Assembly (NCBI GenBank): GCA_021826695.1
Contig: JAKAYS010000001.1
Span: 7,175 to 71,174, forward strand
Length of the DNA: 64,000 nt
Source: Acidobacteriota bacterium
GTDB taxonomy: Bacteria; Acidobacteriota; Terriglobia; Terriglobales; Acidobacteriaceae
Direction: 5' to 3'
A model generated the notes under the pieces. It did no database searches and was not told the DNA's origin. It was given only the letters and a program-made list of their open reading frames with translations. The position numbers were made by a program, and so were the translations under genes. This document shows positions 39,494 through 49,431 of the stretch, piece after piece. Positions within the stretch are counted from its first letter, which is position 1, and each line of letters starts with the position of its first letter.

Positions 39494-40489
39494 CTACGAC
39501 TTCAGGGGCCAGTGCGCGTCCACTGCGTCTTTGTCTCGGAAGCGATCTCCAAAAATCTCGTCCTGCAAACATCGCAGCACGGTCGAACGCAGGATCATGT
39601 CCAGCTTCTCGTAGAGGTCGGTGTGCTCGTTTGCCGGCAGTACCGTATCCAGCCCGTAGAGAAACGCTTCGGCGTGTGCGAGCTTGGAGCGGAGCTTCCA
39701 TGCTTGCTTTGCCTCTGCCTCCGAGAAAGCGATGCCACTCGCTGTTGCGAGTTGCGGAACGCGGACGTGGAACTGTGTGCCGCTGCCGTGTTCGCTGGTA
39801 TTGATAAGGGACTCCAGTCCCGTTGCTACCAGCGGCAATCTTATATCGAGCACCGACGAGCGCATCACGTACTCGTGATACCAGTAGGCGCGGTGGACGC
39901 GATAGTGCATCGGCTTGTCTTTCGACACCCAGGGCATCAGTCCGCACAGCGTTTGTCCGTCTTCTACCGAAAGCCAGTCGCGCTGATTCGCACTTAGAAA
40001 GATGTCTGGGCTGATGCCTCGATATTGCACTGCGTAGATCGAAGAATCTGGCAGCCCGTAGTGAAATATCTTGGCGCAGTAGCGGTCGCCTACGCTGGTC
40101 GGGTGAATGAGGCGGGACATCGTCAATACCGCGTGAAGCGTTTCTAGCCCTTCATACGGATGGTGTTCGATGTCGGCGACGCGCTGAACAAAGGCGTACA
40201 GGTGCCGGTCATACTCTTGTGTGCCGATGTTGTAATGCGGCGGTTCGCACGCCTTTTGCACCTTCTTTGCGAGTGGTTCCTCCAGCCGTTCGATCCAGAT
40301 GTCATCGTTCAGAAAAAAGCGTTCGCCGTCCTTGACGACGAGCGCCGGTCCACTGGCTTCCTGAAGGTGAGTCGGTCCAGCTCCGATGTGAAGGATGACG
40401 TAACAAGGCTTCGGCAACGGCTCCAAGCAGCACCCCTTTCTCATCTTAGTCTCCGGTAATGACAAGTTGTCTTGTGTTTGCTCAGGCAT
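39494..40489 (-). CDS. Hypothetical protein with a C-terminal HEPN-like Rx4H motif (candidate RNase)
   Basis: 331-aa ORF. AWKLRSKLAHAEAF contains R-x4-H in a helical context. Alternative start at 40444. Confidence 0.4.
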   Translation of the reverse strand: MPEQTQDNLSLPETKMRKGCCLEPLPKPCYVILHIGAGPTHLQEASGPALVVKDGERFFLNDDIWIERLEEPLAKKVQKACEPPHYNIGTQEYDRHLYAFVQRVADIEHHPYEGLETLHAVLTMSRLIHPTSVGDRYCAKIFHYGLPDSSIYAVQYRGISPDIFLSANQRDWLSVEDGQTLCGLMPWVSKDKPMHYRVHRAYWYHEYVMRSSVLDIRLPLVATGLESLINTSEHGSGTQFHVRVPQLATASGIAFSEAEAKQAWKLRSKLAHAEAFLYGLDTVLPANEHTDLYEKLDMILRSTVLRCLQDEIFGDRFRDKDAVDAHWPLKS

Positions 40490-40500
40490 AGAATCTTCCT

Positions 40501-43275
40501 ATGCTGACGATTTCCAAGCCGCTGTCGGCTTCACAGGTGCGAACGTACCATGAGCGGGAGTTTGCCTCTGAGCGGCAGAATTATTGGAGCCGCGATCAGC
40601 AGGGACATAGCGAGTGGCAAGGCAAGCTGGCCGAAAAGTGGGGCTTAGAAGGGCCGGTTGGCAACGAGCATTTTGCCCGGTTGACCGAAGGCCAGCACCC
40701 AGAGACGGAAGCGCAGCTCGTTCGCCATCAAGTCTCAAGAACCTATGAGGGAAAATTCGGTAAGGAAGTGACGAGCGTAGAACATCGCGCCGGTTGGGAT
40801 GCTACGTTCAGCGCACCCAAAAGTGTTTCTCTCACTGCCCTTGTCGGCGGCGATGAGCGCGTGCGAGAGGCGCATCGGGAGAGTGTGCGTGTTGCCTTGG
40901 GAGAGCTGGAACGATACACGCAGGCGCGGATCGGCAACGTCCACGCGCCGGAGACGACAGGCAAATTCGTTGCGGCTACCTTCGAGCACGATACCGCCCG
41001 CCCTGTGGACGGCTACGCAGCACCGCAGCTCCACACCCATGCTGTGATCTTCAACGTCACCGAACGCGATGACGGACAGACGCGGGCCTTGCAGCCGCAG
41101 GAGCTATTCGCGTCGCAGCGTGTTGCTACCAGCCTGTACCGTTCCGAGCTGGCAATGCGGTTGCAGGGCTTGGGGTATGAGCTGGAGCGGGGCAAGCATG
41201 GTCAACCTGAGATCAAGGGCTATACAAAGGAATATCTGGAGGCCAGCAGCCCACGCCGCGAGCAGATCAAAGATCATCTTCGCGAAATGGGTATAAACGG
41301 AGCGGGAACCGCGCAGGTTGCAGCGCACCGGACGCGGGATAGCAAGGAGCTGCTATCGGCGGAACAGGTATTAGAGAGGCATCGGAATCTGGCCGCGCAG
41401 TATGGACATCAGGCCGACCGCGTTGTGGCCGAGGCGCGGGAGCGTGGACAGCGCTACGTTCACAAACCCGCGCTGAATCGGAGCATAGTGGCCGCGCAAC
41501 AGGCCGTCACGTATGCCCGCGATCATTTGTTCGAGCGTTCCGCCGTGCTGGACCGTCGAGACCTGCTGGAAGCTGCGCTCAATCGCGGCATGGGTGAAAC
41601 AACGTATGCCCACGTTCGGCAGGAGTTCGAGCTACGGGCCGCGCGAGGCGAGTTCCGCACAGTCGATCATGCCGGAGCAAGACAGCAGTACACCACTGCT
41701 GCGATGCTCCGCATGGAACGCGAGATCGTCGCACGGATGCAGGAAGGCAATCAGCGCGGGATGAGTGATTCAATGCTGGTGGATGCGCGTATCCGTATGG
41801 CGACGGAGGACCGGCACCCGGAGCTGAATGCCTCGCAGCGTCAAGTCGTTGACCAAGTGTTTCTCTCCCGCGAAAAGATAGTGGGTTTGGATGGTGTCGC
41901 TGGCGCGGGGAAGACAATGACGCTGGCCGTCATCCGTGAAGGCGCCGAGGCGCAAGGGTACACGGTCGAAGGCTTCGCGCCCACGTCCCGCGCGGCGCAA
42001 AAGCTGGCCGATGCAGGCATGGAAACGTCCACGCTGCAAAAACATCTTGCACGCGGCCAGCAGCCGGATACCGGAGAACACCGCCTGTATGTGCTCGATG
42101 AATCCTCGCTCGCATCCACCAAACAGATGCACGAGTTTGTGAATTGCCTACATCCCAACGACCGCGTGTTGCTGGTAGGTGATCGTCGGCAGCATGAGGC
42201 GGTCGAGGCCGGGCGTCCCTTCGCGCAGCTCCAGGACGCGGGCATGAAGACAGTCAAACTCGAAGAGATCGTCCGCCAGAAAAACCCGGAGTTGAAACAG
42301 GTGGTCGAGCAGCTTGCGCGTGGCGACGTGCGCGAGGCCGTGCAAGGGTTGGAGCGGCAGGGCCGCGTACATGAGATTGCAGGCCGCGAGGAACGCATCG
42401 CCGCGATAGCGAAGGAATATGCGAAGTCACCGGAGGGAACGCTCGTCGTCTCGCCCGACAATCGTTCCCGCGTGGAGATCAATGAGCGTATCCATGCAGA
42501 GATGCAGGAGCGAGGCTCAGTAAGTAAAGACGAACATCGCATTCAAACGCTTGTGCCGCGCCAGGACCTCACCGGGCCGGAGCGCACATGGGCCGCGCGC
42601 TATGAGTTCAACGATGTAGTGCGCTACGCGCGCGCGTCGAAAGAGACCAGCATCGAGCGCGGCGAATACGCGCGGGTCAAGAGCGTTGACGCGGAGAAAA
42701 ACCTGTTGACGGTCGTTAGGGCTGACGGCTCAGAGTTGGCCTATGATCCTAGACGGCAGCAGGGCGTTTCTGTGTATCGGGAGGAGCCGCGCAGCTTCGC
42801 CGTGGGCGACCGCATCCAGTTCACCGCACCGGCCAACGATTTGAAGGTTGCCAACCGCGAATTAGGGACGGTCGAGGCCATAGGCCAGGATGGGCAGATA
42901 CGTTTGAAGATGGACGGAGGCCGCAACGTGCAACTCGATCCACGCGAGCATCCGCATCTCGATCATGGCTATGCGGTGACAAGCCATTCCAGTCAGGGAC
43001 AGACTGCCGAGCGCGTATTGATTCACGTCGATACCGAGATGGCCGCGAAAGACCTACTCAACAGCCGCATGGCTTATGTCGCCGTCTCGCGCGGCGCGGA
43101 GGACGCACAGCTTTACACCAATGACCGTGCGAAGCTGCCGGAGGCGTTAGAACATGACGTATCCCACGAGAGCGCCCACATGCCAGCGATAAAGCCGGAG
43201 CAATCCATCAATCCGCCACAACCGGAGATCGCGCCGGTCATCGAACACAGCATGGGCTTAGGACACAGCCTCTAA
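40501..43275 (+). CDS. MobF-family conjugative relaxase (TrwC/TraI-type relaxase plus RecD-like helicase)
   Basis: MLTISKPLSASQVRTYHEREF...YW...GEWQGKLAEKWGL relaxase N-terminus, HDTARPVDGYAAPQLHTHAVIFN His triad, helicase GVAGAGKT, YVLDESS, AVTSHSSQGQTAE. Confidence 0.9.
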   Translation: MLTISKPLSASQVRTYHEREFASERQNYWSRDQQGHSEWQGKLAEKWGLEGPVGNEHFARLTEGQHPETEAQLVRHQVSRTYEGKFGKEVTSVEHRAGWDATFSAPKSVSLTALVGGDERVREAHRESVRVALGELERYTQARIGNVHAPETTGKFVAATFEHDTARPVDGYAAPQLHTHAVIFNVTERDDGQTRALQPQELFASQRVATSLYRSELAMRLQGLGYELERGKHGQPEIKGYTKEYLEASSPRREQIKDHLREMGINGAGTAQVAAHRTRDSKELLSAEQVLERHRNLAAQYGHQADRVVAEARERGQRYVHKPALNRSIVAAQQAVTYARDHLFERSAVLDRRDLLEAALNRGMGETTYAHVRQEFELRAARGEFRTVDHAGARQQYTTAAMLRMEREIVARMQEGNQRGMSDSMLVDARIRMATEDRHPELNASQRQVVDQVFLSREKIVGLDGVAGAGKTMTLAVIREGAEAQGYTVEGFAPTSRAAQKLADAGMETSTLQKHLARGQQPDTGEHRLYVLDESSLASTKQMHEFVNCLHPNDRVLLVGDRRQHEAVEAGRPFAQLQDAGMKTVKLEEIVRQKNPELKQVVEQLARGDVREAVQGLERQGRVHEIAGREERIAAIAKEYAKSPEGTLVVSPDNRSRVEINERIHAEMQERGSVSKDEHRIQTLVPRQDLTGPERTWAARYEFNDVVRYARASKETSIERGEYARVKSVDAEKNLLTVVRADGSELAYDPRRQQGVSVYREEPRSFAVGDRIQFTAPANDLKVANRELGTVEAIGQDGQIRLKMDGGRNVQLDPREHPHLDHGYAVTSHSSQGQTAERVLIHVDTEMAAKDLLNSRMAYVAVSRGAEDAQLYTNDRAKLPEALEHDVSHESAHMPAIKPEQSINPPQPEIAPVIEHSMGLGHSL

Positions 43276-43367
43276 CGTATGAATCGTGCCTGTAGAATAG
43301 GGTCTCGCATTCAAGAAATGCACGGAAATCGCGTGAAATAGTCTGCACAGTTCCTACACAGCCGAAA

Positions 43368-43985
43368 ATGGGCCATCTATCTCTCGACAGATCAGTAATT
43401 TCTGAAAATCAACTCACCTGCTCGGGTGACGCGGCTGACGCGGTGTTTGTCATTCAAACAGGAAGGGTAAGACTCAGCGCAAGGTCCCAGGGCGGGAAGG
43501 AAGCGACGCTCGACATATTGGGCGACGAGGATTTTGTTGGCAAAGACTCGATTGCCGGCCTGCCAGTCCGCACGACGTCTGCCAGCGCACTGACAGACTG
43601 CAAGCTCCTGCGAATTGAAAAGAAGGCCATGATGCTCGCACTTGCCCAAGAAGTGACGTTGTCAAACAGGTTTTGTGCATACGTGTTGGCGCGGAATGTC
43701 CGATACAGGCAGGATTTGGTGGATCAGCGGTGCAATCCCTGCGAGAAGAGACTAGCGCGCATTCTCCTGTTGCTCTCCCATTTTGATGGGCAATCCGCCC
43801 CTGAGACTGTGATTGCTAGGGTAAACCATGAAACGTTGGCAGAAATGGTAGGCACTACGCGGTCGCGGACTTGCTATTTCATGAAGAAGTTTAAAGACGC
43901 AGGCTTCATTGATTACGACCTCAAAAGTCAGCGGATACGGGTCCGTCGTTCACTTCTTGCTTTCTATTGCGAGCCTACGCGGTGA
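43368..43985 (+). CDS. Crp/Fnr-family transcriptional regulator
   Basis: cNMP-binding-like beta-roll (VFVIQTGRVRLS...LGDEDFVG) and C-terminal HTH (ETLAEMVGTTRSRTCYFMKKFKDAGFI). Confidence 0.75.
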   Translation: MGHLSLDRSVISENQLTCSGDAADAVFVIQTGRVRLSARSQGGKEATLDILGDEDFVGKDSIAGLPVRTTSASALTDCKLLRIEKKAMMLALAQEVTLSNRFCAYVLARNVRYRQDLVDQRCNPCEKRLARILLLLSHFDGQSAPETVIARVNHETLAEMVGTTRSRTCYFMKKFKDAGFIDYDLKSQRIRVRRSLLAFYCEPTR

Positions 43986-44123
43986 TCTGGAAAATGTACG
44001 GAACCGTACGACGGTCTTTGCAGGTAACGTTGACTCCAGCAGTGTGGATCAGAATGCTAAGAGCTTTACGTCCGCTGCCGTCATGCTGGGGCAGTGGCAT
44101 GCGGCATGATCAAATTGAGGACT

Positions 44124-44573
44124 TTAGCGCTCAGTTGCCGCTCTGCGTCTCGCACTACGGAGCGGATTGAGAATGTTCACACCAGGAAAGTGCTTCTCGT
44201 TGTCTGTGACAACAACGCAATCGTTCGCCTCGGCGATCGCGGCAATGACCATGTCGAAAGCGCTCCTGGGCCGCCCTGCGGCAGTGCCTTCCGACATGAG
44301 ACGGGCCCAGATAAGTGCTGCCTTCTCGTCGAAAGCCAACACGCGTCCTCGAAACAGCGACTGAGGGCCCTCCGGCCCGTGAAACCATTCTTCAAGCTGC
44401 CTGCGCTTTTTCCCTGCCGACTTCTCCAGAACGCCACGCCGGATTTCGCCCAGGCTCAATGTGGAAATGAACAAATCTTCGTCCATCTGTTCCTCCATCC
44501 ATTCGATGAGCGGCTGCGAAGGGGTTGGCTTCGTGGCATTGCTAATGATGTTGGTGTCGAGGAGATACCTCAT
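44124..44573 (-). CDS. vapC: PIN-domain toxin (VapC/FitB-like)
   Basis: MRYLLDTNIIS..., DMVIAAIAEANDCVVVTDNEKHF. Confidence 0.85.
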   Translation of the reverse strand: MRYLLDTNIISNATKPTPSQPLIEWMEEQMDEDLFISTLSLGEIRRGVLEKSAGKKRRQLEEWFHGPEGPQSLFRGRVLAFDEKAALIWARLMSEGTAAGRPRSAFDMVIAAIAEANDCVVVTDNEKHFPGVNILNPLRSARRRAATER

Positions 44574-44872
44574 AGATCGACTTTCCTGCCAGCGTCAAAG
44601 GGACGGTCAATCTCCAACTCCAGTCCAACCAGCGGTGAGCGACGAAGAGCCGCAAGAATGCCACCCTTTTTTTGAGGTAGACCGGAGACCGTCTGCCTGA
44701 CCTGCAATCGAATATGGTTGGACTCTTCGTCGTTCTGGGCGAGCCTCTTTGCGAGCGAGCGGATCAGGTCGCGATCGGCGTCGAGACCGAGAACTTCAAA
44801 TCGCGCGACTCCCCGTTTGCGGAGGCGGTTCCGGTAGTTCTTAATCGCGCGTTTTTGGGCTGTGTTGTTCAT
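44570..44872 (-). CDS. Cognate antitoxin
   Basis: 100-aa ORF with a 4-nt overlap with the PIN gene and a basic N-terminus (KRAIKNYRNRLRKRG). Confidence 0.6.
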   Translation of the reverse strand: MNNTAQKRAIKNYRNRLRKRGVARFEVLGLDADRDLIRSLAKRLAQNDEESNHIRLQVRQTVSGLPQKKGGILAALRRSPLVGLELEIDRPFDAGRKVDL

Positions 44873-45098
44873 GGCTTACCCTCCCTGCTCTATATCCAGT
44901 AATATATCCGGAATGTGCTATCACCTGCAAGACAACCATGCCCTGACACTACACTTGCAGACATGTCCAAGAGACATAGTCGATCGAGTTGTGGAGATTC
45001 AACGGTTTATTCCGATCCGAGGTTGATCTGCTGTTGCGAAGGAGCGAGACCCCTACTCGAGTGAAGTTGACGCCAGTTGGAAAACTGACAGCGGGTTT

Positions 45099-45704
45099 TC
45101 AGGCGACACGCAGATGAGATCCCCGATGCACCTCCGCGCCAGGCACGGTTTCCCCATGTCCGATGGCTTGCCTGATCGCTTCGTTATTGGGTATTTTCTG
45201 TTGGGTGGAGGCTAACAGAGCAACTTTGATGTCCTCTGGAAGACATTCCAAAACGGATTCCCAGAGGCTGCCCTGAACTCTGACATCCACTTCCTGAAAG
45301 GCCAGTGGAACCTGTGTCTCATCGATAATGCGCACAGAGTCCTGACTGTTCTTCTGCAATCGCAGAGTGAACTCCCTGCCCTCGATCTTCCTGAGATCGC
45401 GGCTCTTGAGGTAGTACAGCACCATGCCCTTGGTCCTCACGATCTTGTTGTCTGCCGCGCGCGAGCGCTCCTGCAAGCGTGCAGCTTCGTTCTTGCAGTA
45501 CAGCATCCGGGCCTCCATCATACGCAGGAAGCGCCCGATCCGGTCCACTTTCTCGCCGTGGGCTTCGCAGAATTTCTGGAAGCGGCCTATGAGATCCGCT
45601 CCAGCCTCTCCCTGATTTTCAATCTCTTCCTGAATCTCATCGAGAAGCGTGTCCAGTTCCGCGTCGATTTCAAACAACGAGTTTTCCTGAGCGACTGAAG
45701 ACAT
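45099..45704 (-). CDS. Phage-type hypothetical protein (Siphovirus Gp157-like by pattern)
   Basis: Acidic N-terminal helix (LFEIDAELDTLLDEIQEEIENQGE), coiled-coil middle; 201 aa. Assignment from memory of the family only. Confidence 0.35.
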   Translation of the reverse strand: MSSVAQENSLFEIDAELDTLLDEIQEEIENQGEAGADLIGRFQKFCEAHGEKVDRIGRFLRMMEARMLYCKNEAARLQERSRAADNKIVRTKGMVLYYLKSRDLRKIEGREFTLRLQKNSQDSVRIIDETQVPLAFQEVDVRVQGSLWESVLECLPEDIKVALLASTQQKIPNNEAIRQAIGHGETVPGAEVHRGSHLRVA

Positions 45705-45728
45705 TCGCCGTCCTCCTTCCTAAACGAC

Positions 45729-45762
45729 AGACTGGCATTCTTCCATAGAAGAATGCCAGTCT
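45729..45762. repeat. Perfect palindrome/hairpin: 15-bp stem, 4-nt loop
   Basis: AGACTGGCATTCTTC-CATA-GAAGAATGCCAGTCT. On the minus strand it sits about 10 nt 5-prime of the GGAAGGAGG ribosome-binding site of the 45704 gene. Confidence 0.9.
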
Positions 45763-46026
45763 TAATTTCAAATGCGCGTGAGAACGTCCTGAATGACTTC
45801 GGGTCGGCGGCATCGGGACTCTTCCTCGCGTACACCGTTCGTGGCAGCCTGTGAGGAGGGCCATAGCCGTGCATTTGCTTTCGATGACTGGGCTGAATGT
45901 AGTTTTTCATACACTTTGAAGTTCGGGGCCTCCGCGTCGACACACAGCACATGCGCTGCGACGGCGCTCACGACGTCTATGGATTCTTCGCACTCTTCTG
46001 GAAGCCAGGAATAAGATGGTTGGCAG

Positions 46027-47094
46027 ATGACCGTCCGCAAAATCGTCCATATCGACATGGACGCGTTTTATGCGTCCGTCGAACAGCGGGATGATCCGCA
46101 ACTCCGCGGCAAACCTGTCATTGTCGCCTGGCGGGGCAACCGTTCGGTGGTCTGTGCCGCTTCATATGAGGCCAGACGTTTCGGGGTACGCTCCGCCATG
46201 CCAGCAACTCGTGCCGCACGCTCGTGTCCCGATGCGGTCTTCGTTCCCCCGGATTTCCCGCGCTATCGTGCGGTCTCGCGCCTGGTGCGCGAGATATTCA
46301 AGCGGCACACGGATTTGGTGGAGCCGCTGTCGCTGGACGAAGCATATCTCGACGTTACCGAGAACAAGATTGGTTTGGCGACCGCTACGCGCGTTGCACG
46401 CGCAATTCGTGACCAAATTCGCCAAGAACTGCATCTGACGGCCTCAGCGGGCGTAGCGCCGAACAAATTTCTGGCAAAGATCGCCTCCGACTGGCGCAAA
46501 CCGGACGGACTCTTCGTCATTCAGCCTGGTGAGGTGGATACGTTCCTGTCGCCACTGCCGGTTGGACGCCTACCTGGTGTAGGCAAAGTGACGGGAGAGA
46601 AGCTGGAGCAGCTTGGCATACGGACGGTGGGAGACTTGCGAGGCTTGGATTTATCGACACTCAAAGGCCGCTTCGGACGTCACGGTCTGCGTCTGTATGA
46701 ACTCGCCCGGGGCCTGGACAATAGCGAAGTCGTCCCAGACAGACCGACACAATCCGTCTCCGTTGAGGACACGTTCGAGCGCGATGTGCCGTTGATAGAA
46801 ATGGAGCCAACGATACGCCGTCTGGCGGAAAAAGCCTGGTCCGCGTCGCGCAAGGAACCGCGCATTGCGCGTACCGTGGTACTCAAACTGAAGACAAGCG
46901 AGTTTCATATTCTCACCCGCAGCCATACCCCCTGTTCTCCTCCCTCTTCTTGCAACGAATTGACCAAAATCGCACTGTCTCTCCGGGAGCGAGTGGACTT
47001 GGGGCCCCAGCAACGCTTTCGTCTGGTTGGCGTTGGTCTCATCAATTTTCGCGAAGCCGAAGATATGCTGATGCAGCCAACCCTTTTCGAGTAA
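46027..47094 (+). CDS. dinB: DNA polymerase IV (Y-family)
   Basis: KIVHIDMDAFYASVEQRDDPQLRGKPVIV, SLDEAYLDVT, ASAGVAPNKFLAKIASD. Confidence 0.93.
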   Translation: MTVRKIVHIDMDAFYASVEQRDDPQLRGKPVIVAWRGNRSVVCAASYEARRFGVRSAMPATRAARSCPDAVFVPPDFPRYRAVSRLVREIFKRHTDLVEPLSLDEAYLDVTENKIGLATATRVARAIRDQIRQELHLTASAGVAPNKFLAKIASDWRKPDGLFVIQPGEVDTFLSPLPVGRLPGVGKVTGEKLEQLGIRTVGDLRGLDLSTLKGRFGRHGLRLYELARGLDNSEVVPDRPTQSVSVEDTFERDVPLIEMEPTIRRLAEKAWSASRKEPRIARTVVLKLKTSEFHILTRSHTPCSPPSSCNELTKIALSLRERVDLGPQQRFRLVGVGLINFREAEDMLMQPTLFE

Positions 47095-47262
47095 CTGCAT
47101 ATTTTGGCAGGAAATCGTCACCATCGGTTACGAACAGCACAGCCGAGGAGGCATGGGAAGATTGAGGCCGCGCCAGAGCCATGTTGGGCCATACCTTAAG
47201 AAAGTCGCGGAGAAAGAAGCACGCAATGCCGGTGCTGGACCCACCTCTTGCAGGAAGGACAA

Positions 47263-47685
47263 CTAGGCGCGTGCAAAAGGGTTTTCAATGCCTATACCAA
47301 CGATCCGTTGACCGGCGTTCAAGTCCTCCGAGAGGATTCGCACTGCGCCGGCCTTTCGTGCGCTCGCAAGAATGAGGGCGTCCCAAAAACTGATTCGGGC
47401 CTCATCCTCAATCTGGAATGCCATGAAAATGTCCTCGGCTACCGTGTCCACACACCAAGTGGCATAGCTGTTCACGACGCAACGAGCCGCCTTCCTGCTC
47501 AAAGGCGAGGAGATTTTCCGGGTCGCATTTACGTAAAATTCCTGGAGCACCTGCATACTGAGGACGCCGGCGCGTCTACTCCAGAGGTCACGGAGGACCT
47601 CCTTCGCGATCTCATGCTTGGCTTTGGCATCGAGATCATGCGCGTAAATCAAAATATTGGTGTCGACGAAGGTCTTATCGCTCAT
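47263..47685 (-). CDS. PIN-domain toxin
   Basis: FVDTNILIYAHD..., SFWDALILASA; 140 aa. Confidence 0.8.
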   Translation of the reverse strand: MSDKTFVDTNILIYAHDLDAKAKHEIAKEVLRDLWSRRAGVLSMQVLQEFYVNATRKISSPLSRKAARCVVNSYATWCVDTVAEDIFMAFQIEDEARISFWDALILASARKAGAVRILSEDLNAGQRIVGIGIENPFARA

Positions 47686-47923
47686 GCAGTTCAGCCCGGC
47701 TGACAGAGATCACCCCGCCCATATGGAAACCCTTTTTCAACAGTGCCAGGGCTGTCCGTTTGGCCTGCTCATACGCTTCTTCCGCACCCACGAGGACGTC
47801 GATTTGTTCGGCGAGAAGCCCGCTGATCGAGGTAGAACGTTTGGCCGCGAGCACTTTCGCCTTCTGAATGGTCTGTGGAGTCAGACTGACCGTGACATTT
47901 TGCTTTTTGCTGGCCTGTGCCAT
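47675..47923 (-). CDS. Small antitoxin (RHH-like)
   Basis: MAQASKKQNVTVSLTPQTIQKAKVLAAKRSTSISGLLAEQI. GGAGG precedes ATG 47923. Overlaps the PIN gene start. Confidence 0.6.
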   Translation of the reverse strand: MAQASKKQNVTVSLTPQTIQKAKVLAAKRSTSISGLLAEQIDVLVGAEEAYEQAKRTALALLKKGFHMGGVISVSRAELHER

Positions 47924-48210
47924 GACAGAGCCACCTCCTTTACTTATTTTACGTGCTGCACGTATTTTACGTGACCTCGTTGTTGAGTACAACTTCAAAG
48001 TCGGCATCAGCGTGAAGGACATTCAGCGTTGGCTTTCGTCCAACGTGGCCAGGACTTCTCCGCGTCCGGTATATGGAGAGCGATGGCATTGAACCGCACT
48101 GACACTGGATCCCCTGACGAGTCCAGCCAAGAGAAGCTCTTTATGGCAAACATATCTTATCGGCTCGCTTGTGGTTACTTGCGGGCTATCGATCGAGTGA
48201 GTGCTGCTAA

Positions 48211-49431
48211 CTAGGCCGATTCCATTGGGACCACCTGACCAAATGGCGCGTGCCTCGACTCAGTCGAAGCCCACAGCACGGGGTAAGCCGGGACCGCGCT
48301 TGGGAAGGTGCCATTGAGATCGGTGAGGAAGACCAGCGTCTGAGGCACAATACCGTTCTCATCGAGCCATTGGAAACAGGGCCGGAAGTCCGTTCCTCCT
48401 CCGCCCTTCGGTTGGAGCTGGATCGGTTGACCAGCCTCATAGGTATCAACCTTGTGGACGAGAGCGTCGAAATAGAGAACATGCGTCCGCTGTGGTCGCT
48501 GCCCTTCAAGGATAGAGCGGATCTCCGCTTCAAAAAGCCCTAACTGGCGAGCGCTGACAGAGCCGGAACAATCGACAGCAATGACGATCTCGCCCACTCC
48601 TTCGCGCACGGTTCCGGGCAAATACAGTCCCGCCCAGATATGGCGTCGATTGGGGCGCATCCAGCTATAATCTGCGGGAGCTGTATCCGACCAAAGCCTG
48701 CGCAACAACTCACGCCAGTCGACCGCAGCTTGTGCGGCTTTCTCGATGCTGCGTTCGAGACCTGCAGGAACTTTCCCAGCCAGCTTCGCAAGACTCTCCG
48801 CTTGTTCGACCGCAATCTGCCAATCCCGAGCCTGTTCGGACAAGTTCTTCCCATCGGCTTCTTCTGCCAAGGGTGCATCGAGAACCTGACCAATCCCGCC
48901 GGGTGTTATGGGGGCACCGGGGCCGTCTTCTGATCCTCGTTGTGAGCTTTCTCCGCAGCCTCCGCTCTCGGATGGATGCTCCGAGTTGTTTGAAGTTTCG
49001 GATTTCTGCTGGCTCTCTTGTTCGTCCTGGCCGAGCAGGTTGTAGATACGCTCCGCGCTCATGCCGCGGAAGCGGTTGTCGAGGAGCACGTCTTTCGGCA
49101 AGGTCAATCCGGCATCGACAAGCAAAGGGTTGATGGCATAATCGCACGCGATGTTCCAGCGATTGAGGGAGCGATCGGCGCGCCGGGTGTGGTGTTGCAG
49201 CGCCGGATGCATGACCTCGTGAGCCAGGACTCCCGCCAGTTCACCTTGAGAAAGTGTCGCGACGAACTCGGGGTTGTAGAACAGCGAGACGCCATCGGTC
49301 GCCATGGTTTGGATCGATGGCCGCTCCTGCCCTTTCAATCGAAACAGGAGCGAACCGAAAAAGGGATGATCGAGCAGAAGCGCGGTGCGCGCCTTCTGGA
49401 TTCTGAGAGCGGTGCTGGATTCCTTGTTCAT
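48211..49431 (-). CDS. VWA-domain protein with N-terminal HExxH metallopeptidase-like domain (DUF2201-type), module A
   Basis: DHPFFGSLLF, HEVMHPALQH, IACDYAIN. MIDAS-like IAVDCSGSV and FLTDLNG. Confidence 0.75.
   Translation of the reverse strand: MNKESSTALRIQKARTALLLDHPFFGSLLFRLKGQERPSIQTMATDGVSLFYNPEFVATLSQGELAGVLAHEVMHPALQHHTRRADRSLNRWNIACDYAINPLLVDAGLTLPKDVLLDNRFRGMSAERIYNLLGQDEQESQQKSETSNNSEHPSESGGCGESSQRGSEDGPGAPITPGGIGQVLDAPLAEEADGKNLSEQARDWQIAVEQAESLAKLAGKVPAGLERSIEKAAQAAVDWRELLRRLWSDTAPADYSWMRPNRRHIWAGLYLPGTVREGVGEIVIAVDCSGSVSARQLGLFEAEIRSILEGQRPQRTHVLYFDALVHKVDTYEAGQPIQLQPKGGGGTDFRPCFQWLDENGIVPQTLVFLTDLNGTFPSAVPAYPVLWASTESRHAPFGQVVPMESA

Noticed and set aside
43368-43985. Possibility that the Crp-family gene is N-terminally truncated, because the cNMP-binding domain looks short.
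   Set aside because: This cannot be judged without an alignment. The ORF is intact with an ATG start, so it is reported as a normal CDS.
45763-46026. Search for a LexA/SOS box (GTTC-N7-GTTC or CTGT-N8-ACAG types) upstream of dinB.
   Set aside because: No acceptable match seen by eye.
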